Positions 52,682-56,455 of a stretch of 56,455 nt of DNA are shown piece after piece. A program made the position numbers and the translations under genes. Each line of letters opens with the position of its first letter. Position 1 is the first letter of the stretch. Below the pieces are notes generated by a model that was given only the letters and a program-made list of their open reading frames with translations, was not told the origin of the DNA and ran no database searches. This DNA is from a virus, in the IMG/VR virus record IMGVR_UViG_3300045988_124381; one strand, 5' to 3'.

Positions 52682-53086
52682 ATGAAAAGATTCGTTTTCA
52701 TGTGTGTTGCACTCCTTTTGTGCGTGGTGAGTGTTTTTGCGGAAACTTCCGCTAGTGTAGAACCTTCTGTACCGGAGTTTCTGACCGGATTTGCCAGCTT
52801 TACAGGACTGGTGTCGATTGTTGTTCCGTCTGTGGTAGGTTTCATCGCTTCGAAGTTATCTAATCCTATGAATAAGTGGGTCAGCATGTGGGTAACCGCT
52901 GTAGTTGGTGTAATCGTTACCTTCTTCAGTTGGTGGATGAATCTCGGCTTTCCTCCGGCAGACGCAAGTATCTGGGTTGTGATGATTGATGCGTTGTTCG
53001 TAGCCTTGGCTTCGACCGGAATTGTATCTGTGGTAACAAGCGAATGGCTGGCCAAGTTGTTCGGTGGTAAGGTAAATAAGGAGTAA
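52682..53086 (+). CDS. Multi-TM membrane protein, putative holin component
   Basis: Signal-like N-terminus and 3 hydrophobic helices; first gene of the lysis cassette. Confidence 0.45.
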   Translation: MKRFVFMCVALLLCVVSVFAETSASVEPSVPEFLTGFASFTGLVSIVVPSVVGFIASKLSNPMNKWVSMWVTAVVGVIVTFFSWWMNLGFPPADASIWVVMIDALFVALASTGIVSVVTSEWLAKLFGGKVNKE

Positions 53087-53580
53087 TGCAGAATCTGATT
53101 ACCATAATAGCCCCGCAGCTACTTGTAGCCGGGGCTTACTCCTTTATTGGAGAGATAAAAGGGGTAGTGTTCGAGCTTCGCTGGATGCTGGCATTTATCG
53201 TCGTAATGATCGTAGCGGATTTTGTTCTAGGCATCATCGACAGTGTGGTTAAGAGAGGAGAGGATTTCCGGTTTAGCAGGGCTGGCCGCCGGACTGTGTG
53301 CAAGTTCATAGAGTATAATAGTTACCTTGTCGTTGGCTTCATGCTTGGTATATCCATCCTTCAGCCGATTGGGATATGTAGCTATACCATTTCAGCCATG
53401 TGCGGGCTTGGACTGGCATTCATATTTGAGTTTGATAGTATTGCTGACCATATCTGTGATATACATGGAATCAAGAACAAGGTTTCAATCAAGCGGCTGC
53501 TAGTAGGGTACATCAAGAAAAAGTATAATGCAGCCGGAGAAATCATTGAAGAAGTAACAAAAGAGGAGGAGAAGAAATGA
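53086..53580 (+). CDS. Putative holin (phage_holin_4-like)
   Basis: Multiple TM helices, charged C-terminus, directly upstream of the endolysin. Confidence 0.5.
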   Translation: MQNLITIIAPQLLVAGAYSFIGEIKGVVFELRWMLAFIVVMIVADFVLGIIDSVVKRGEDFRFSRAGRRTVCKFIEYNSYLVVGFMLGISILQPIGICSYTISAMCGLGLAFIFEFDSIADHICDIHGIKNKVSIKRLLVGYIKKKYNAAGEIIEEVTKEEEKK

Positions 53581-54068
53581 ATAAGATAGATGCGATTGTC
53601 GTTCACTGCTCGGCCACACGTGCCGGACAGGATATAGGTAGAAAAGAGATTAATCAGATGCACGTGGCTCGTGGTTTCCAGTGTATCGGGTATAATTATG
53701 TGGTAAGATTGGACGGTACGGTGGAAGTTGGCCGAAGCCTGACCATTGACGGGGCACACTGCAATTCTAAGGGCTTTAGTGGTATATCCTACAACAAGCA
53801 TTCCATTGGCATCTGCTATGTTGGTGGATTGGATGCTCACGGTAAGGCTGCTGATACACGAACGCCTGAGCAGAAGGAAGCGATTGCTAAGCTGATTAAA
53901 AAACTGTGTGCAAAGTACCAGATTGTAGAGGTATTGGGACATCGTGATACTTCGCCGGATCTGGACAGTGACGGTATTGTGGAACCGGAAGAGTGGACAA
54001 AGATGTGCCCCTGCTTCGATGTGCGTACGGAATATCCTTTTATTCCAGAAATCGTAGTCAAACCATGA
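53577..54068 (+). CDS. N-acetylmuramoyl-L-alanine amidase endolysin (Amidase_2/PGRP type)
   Basis: AIVVHCSAT, GYNYVV, GAHC, VLGHRD, CPCFD zinc-amidase motifs. Confidence 0.85.
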   Translation: MNKIDAIVVHCSATRAGQDIGRKEINQMHVARGFQCIGYNYVVRLDGTVEVGRSLTIDGAHCNSKGFSGISYNKHSIGICYVGGLDAHGKAADTRTPEQKEAIAKLIKKLCAKYQIVEVLGHRDTSPDLDSDGIVEPEEWTKMCPCFDVRTEYPFIPEIVVKP

Positions 54069-54529
54069 AGTATTTACCATATCTTTTAATAGCTGCACTG
54101 GCTTTCGGTTTAGGCTGGTGCAGCCGTTCACCAACTAAATGCAATACCGGAAAGGCTGATACCGTTACATCTGTTCATGTAGTTACGAAGGTAGATGTCG
54201 ATACTCAGTATATTCTGTCTCCACAACCTTATGTTGCCTGGATTGATAATTCTGATACTATTCATGCAAGCGACACCTGCTGTCATTTGCGTGAGTATAG
54301 GGAATACCAGGACAGCAATTACTACGCAAAGGTAAGCGGTGTTCAGCCTAGACTTGATGAGCTTCGGGTTTATCCCAAAACGGTATATGAAACGCAATAT
54401 ATCTATCGGGATATTGTTGGTAAGCCTAAACGGTGGGGGATTGGCTTGTCAGCCGGCTACGGTGTCGGAAGATATGGTTTATCTCCGGTATTGGCTGTAA
54501 CTGTCAATTATAATTTGTGGAATTGGTAG
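54065..54529 (+). CDS. Spanin-like membrane/lipoprotein
   Basis: ATGA overlap with the endolysin stop; MKYLPYLLIAALAFGLGWCS signal/lipobox-like. Confidence 0.45.
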   Translation: MKYLPYLLIAALAFGLGWCSRSPTKCNTGKADTVTSVHVVTKVDVDTQYILSPQPYVAWIDNSDTIHASDTCCHLREYREYQDSNYYAKVSGVQPRLDELRVYPKTVYETQYIYRDIVGKPKRWGIGLSAGYGVGRYGLSPVLAVTVNYNLWNW

Positions 54530-54577
54530 TTATTTGTATCTTCGTATTGTAGAATTAGCTTTATTGAAGCTGAATGT

Positions 54578-54613
54578 AAAGCCCTAACCAAATCAATGTC
54601 CGGAAAGGGCTTT
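54578..54613. terminator. Bidirectional terminator between the lysis cassette and minus-strand genes
   Basis: aaagccct/agggcttt stem. Confidence 0.6.
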
Positions 54614-54615
54614 AT

Positions 54616-55032
54616 TTACGACCTACTTTTTACTTCAAGAAGGTACTTTACACTTTTTTCCGAAACATTAAAGAAACAATTCTTATCACCTTTTGTCCGC
54701 CATACACGAAACCCACAGCTATACATTGCAAGAATAAATGTCCCATTACTGATATAGTTAATTACTCCATTTGTTTCTTTTGCGAGAATGTGTTCGACAA
54801 TATGCTTTAAAGAATATGAGTTTTCATTCTTATTTATTTTAGTAATAGGCCTCAAATAACAAAGTATAACATCACGTGCAGCATTTAACTCCAGGTAGTT
54901 GAATTCATTAACACACAGTGACTCAGTTCCAATAAAACCTCCGTTTATAAGCCCTCGTAAAGATTCTTCTCCTTCATAAATAGAGAAATCATAATCTAAT
55001 CTTTTATAAAACTCTAATGTTGCCATAATCAA
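54616..55032 (-). CDS. Hypothetical protein (138 aa), AT-rich, downstream of the integrase
   Basis: No recognisable motif. Confidence 0.45.
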   Translation of the reverse strand: MIMATLEFYKRLDYDFSIYEGEESLRGLINGGFIGTESLCVNEFNYLELNAARDVILCYLRPITKINKNENSYSLKHIVEHILAKETNGVINYISNGTFILAMYSCGFRVWRTKGDKNCFFNVSEKSVKYLLEVKSRS

Positions 55033-55091
55033 TATTTTTATTACAGTCTATAAAAATAGATCTTTTTTATCAAAAAAACTATTATCAATCA

Positions 55092-56339
55092 TTATCCTCT
55101 CATCATCATAATATCAGACCTCAGTTCGATGTACTCCTTGTATTTCTCTGGATTGTTCACGTAATCAATCACTCGAGAAATAGCCATATCCGCCTGCTTT
55201 TGCCGGACTTTTGTGTAATATCTGATAACACCTTTAGAACTATCTGAATGTCCAAGACAGTAATCAATTATCCCGTCAGGAATGCCTATCTCAGAAGCAT
55301 ACTGAGCAAAAGACTTACGAGCCGAGTAAAACATCACTTTCTCACTGATTCCAATAGATTTAACGAGTATAGCCAATGAACGTGATATATACCGTTGAAA
55401 GTTCTTATAAGTAAACTTATATCCGAAATCTAACTTTCCTGTTGCTTTATTCATCCATGTTTGTATAATATCCATGGCCGGTTCTGGAATGGTAAAGCTG
55501 ATAATTTTTGTGCCTATTGTCCTATTCCTCGATTTGGTACGTACATATTCAATCTTTTCGGATTTTCTGAAATCATAGCTCATAAGGTCTATCAGGTTGA
55601 TTCCTCCTAGATAGAACGACAAACAGAATAAATCTCTGGCTATGCGAAGTCTTTTCTCTTGTGGTGATGACTTCCTAATGGCATTGAATGTTTCTACACT
55701 TATGTCTATATCTCTGACTGGAGAAGAAGGTATTGAGAAATCAATGTATGGATGGACTTCATATTTCACTATACGTTTCTTTATCGCACGATTGATGATT
55801 GTTTTAGTATGTCGCATCATCATCCCATTCGTTGTTTCTCCTAACTTTTTGTTTTTTCTCAGAAAGCCAGAATACCCTTCAATTATCTCGGGAGTGATGT
55901 CACACAAAAGTATATCTCCATGAACATATTCGGTAAAATATCTCCGGTTTATTCTGAGTAGGCCAGCATACCCACTGCTTCCTTTTTCTATCAACTCATT
56001 TTCGTATGCTATGCAAATCTGCTGGAATGTGGCAGATGTATCTTCTGACTGAGATTTAGAGATAATATTCTTAATCTGTGCACATGTGTATATTTCTTTG
56101 TTTTTGATAGCATCAAGTTTCTCCTGGTATTCATTTAGGAGATTTCTTAGTTTGGAGTTCATCATTGAAGCGTCAGGCCTTTTTACAACCTGCCCGTTTT
56201 TGAATTGGGACTCTGAGTCAATGATGAAGTTTGTAATGATGTAGGAAGTTTCTTGTTTGTGGCAGACTGCAATCCTAATTTTATGCCTGCCATCTTTTAA
56301 GACTTTAGCCTTGAATACGGTCAATTTGAGTGTTGCCAT
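55092..56339 (-). CDS. int: Phage integrase, Bacteroidetes arm-domain tyrosine recombinase (415 aa)
   Basis: MATLKLTVFKAKVLKDGRHKIRI arm-binding N-terminus; ARKSFAQYA and LGHSD...IRYYTK catalytic boxes; adjacent to the contig junction and attP candidate. Confidence 0.85.
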   Translation of the reverse strand: MATLKLTVFKAKVLKDGRHKIRIAVCHKQETSYIITNFIIDSESQFKNGQVVKRPDASMMNSKLRNLLNEYQEKLDAIKNKEIYTCAQIKNIISKSQSEDTSATFQQICIAYENELIEKGSSGYAGLLRINRRYFTEYVHGDILLCDITPEIIEGYSGFLRKNKKLGETTNGMMMRHTKTIINRAIKKRIVKYEVHPYIDFSIPSSPVRDIDISVETFNAIRKSSPQEKRLRIARDLFCLSFYLGGINLIDLMSYDFRKSEKIEYVRTKSRNRTIGTKIISFTIPEPAMDIIQTWMNKATGKLDFGYKFTYKNFQRYISRSLAILVKSIGISEKVMFYSARKSFAQYASEIGIPDGIIDYCLGHSDSSKGVIRYYTKVRQKQADMAISRVIDYVNNPEKYKEYIELRSDIMMMRG

Positions 56340-56393
56340 ATAGATTAAAAATTTTAGGATAAGTAAAAGATAAGTGCAAAACCTCAAAAGTGA

Positions 56394-56455
56394 GGTTTAT
56401 ATCCTTTTTTTTAATCTATAAATCAGAGAAATTAGCTTGTGAAGCAGTGACTAAA
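56394..56455. repeat. Terminal direct repeat, copy 2
   Basis: Exact match to 1-62. Confidence 0.95.

Larger units (their letters stand above)
1..56455. mobile_element. Complete temperate siphovirus-like phage genome, probably circularly closed contig
   Basis: Full lysogeny, replication, packaging, head, tail and lysis modules in canonical order; identical 62-nt ends. Confidence 0.8.

Noticed and set aside
54616-55032. 138-aa protein downstream of the integrase as an excisionase
   Set aside because: It is too large, has no HTH or winged-helix pattern that I can see, and is AT-rich like other accessory genes. It is left as hypothetical.
1-56455. Stop-codon recoding (suppressor tRNAs) as an explanation for the odd tRNAs
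   Set aside because: All large genes (tape measure, TerL, portal, helicase, hub) are intact in the standard code. None of the three anticodon loops reads CTA, TCA or TTA in a canonical position.
1-56455. CRISPR array, diversity-generating retroelement or retron
   Set aside because: I saw no regularly spaced repeat-spacer structure and no reverse-transcriptase-like ORF. The repeats found are start-region motifs or operators.

Overview
The window reads as a complete ~56.4 kb temperate siphovirus-type phage genome from a Bacteroidales-like host. Host assignment rests on several TTTG-N19/20-TAnnTTTG promoters, Bacteroidetes-style arm-domain integrases and a DUF3127-type SSB. The first 62 nt and the last 62 nt are identical, so the contig is probably circularly closed or bounded by direct repeats. 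Gene order: lysogeny/immunity module on the minus strand (lipoprotein, YbjQ-SHOCT fusion, CI/LexA-like repressor, 234-2244); two near-identical promoter-operator units; rightward early genes; recombination/replication module (AAA_24 ATPase, PD-(D/E)XK nuclease, SSB, NinB-like, NinG-like, SF2 helicase, replisome organiser, DnaC-like loader, 5415-12815); a mosaic accessory region (13-28 kb); then TerS, TerL, portal, capsid, tail, tape measure, fibres (28.1-51.1 kb), a lysis cassette (52.7-54.5 kb) and an integrase next to a tRNA-Gly-like attP candidate. The accessory region holds a half methyltransferase plus tyrosine recombinase, an AT-rich KAP-NTPase/TM-DUF4160 island that truncates an ASCH gene, a leftward XRE/YD-lipoprotein operon, an amidoligase plus class II amidotransferase pair, and a PAPS-reductase/ParB pair. 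Two HicAB modules with their own promoters sit inside the structural region. Most unusual points: (i) three tRNA-like genes that all have non-canonical anticodon regions, including an initiator-tRNA-like scaffold (C1xA72, A11:U24) carrying a Val GAC anticodon, 410 nt upstream of an ORF whose first sense codon is GTC; (ii) the 10-mer CACGATTATG overlapping the start codons of seven plus-strand ORFs; (iii) several candidate defence/exclusion cassettes (KAP + TM-DUF4160, CI-coupled YbjQ-SHOCT, a two-gene cassette after hicAB); (iv) three tyrosine recombinases in one phage. All family calls come from motif recognition by eye. No database search, RNA folding or composition calculation was run.
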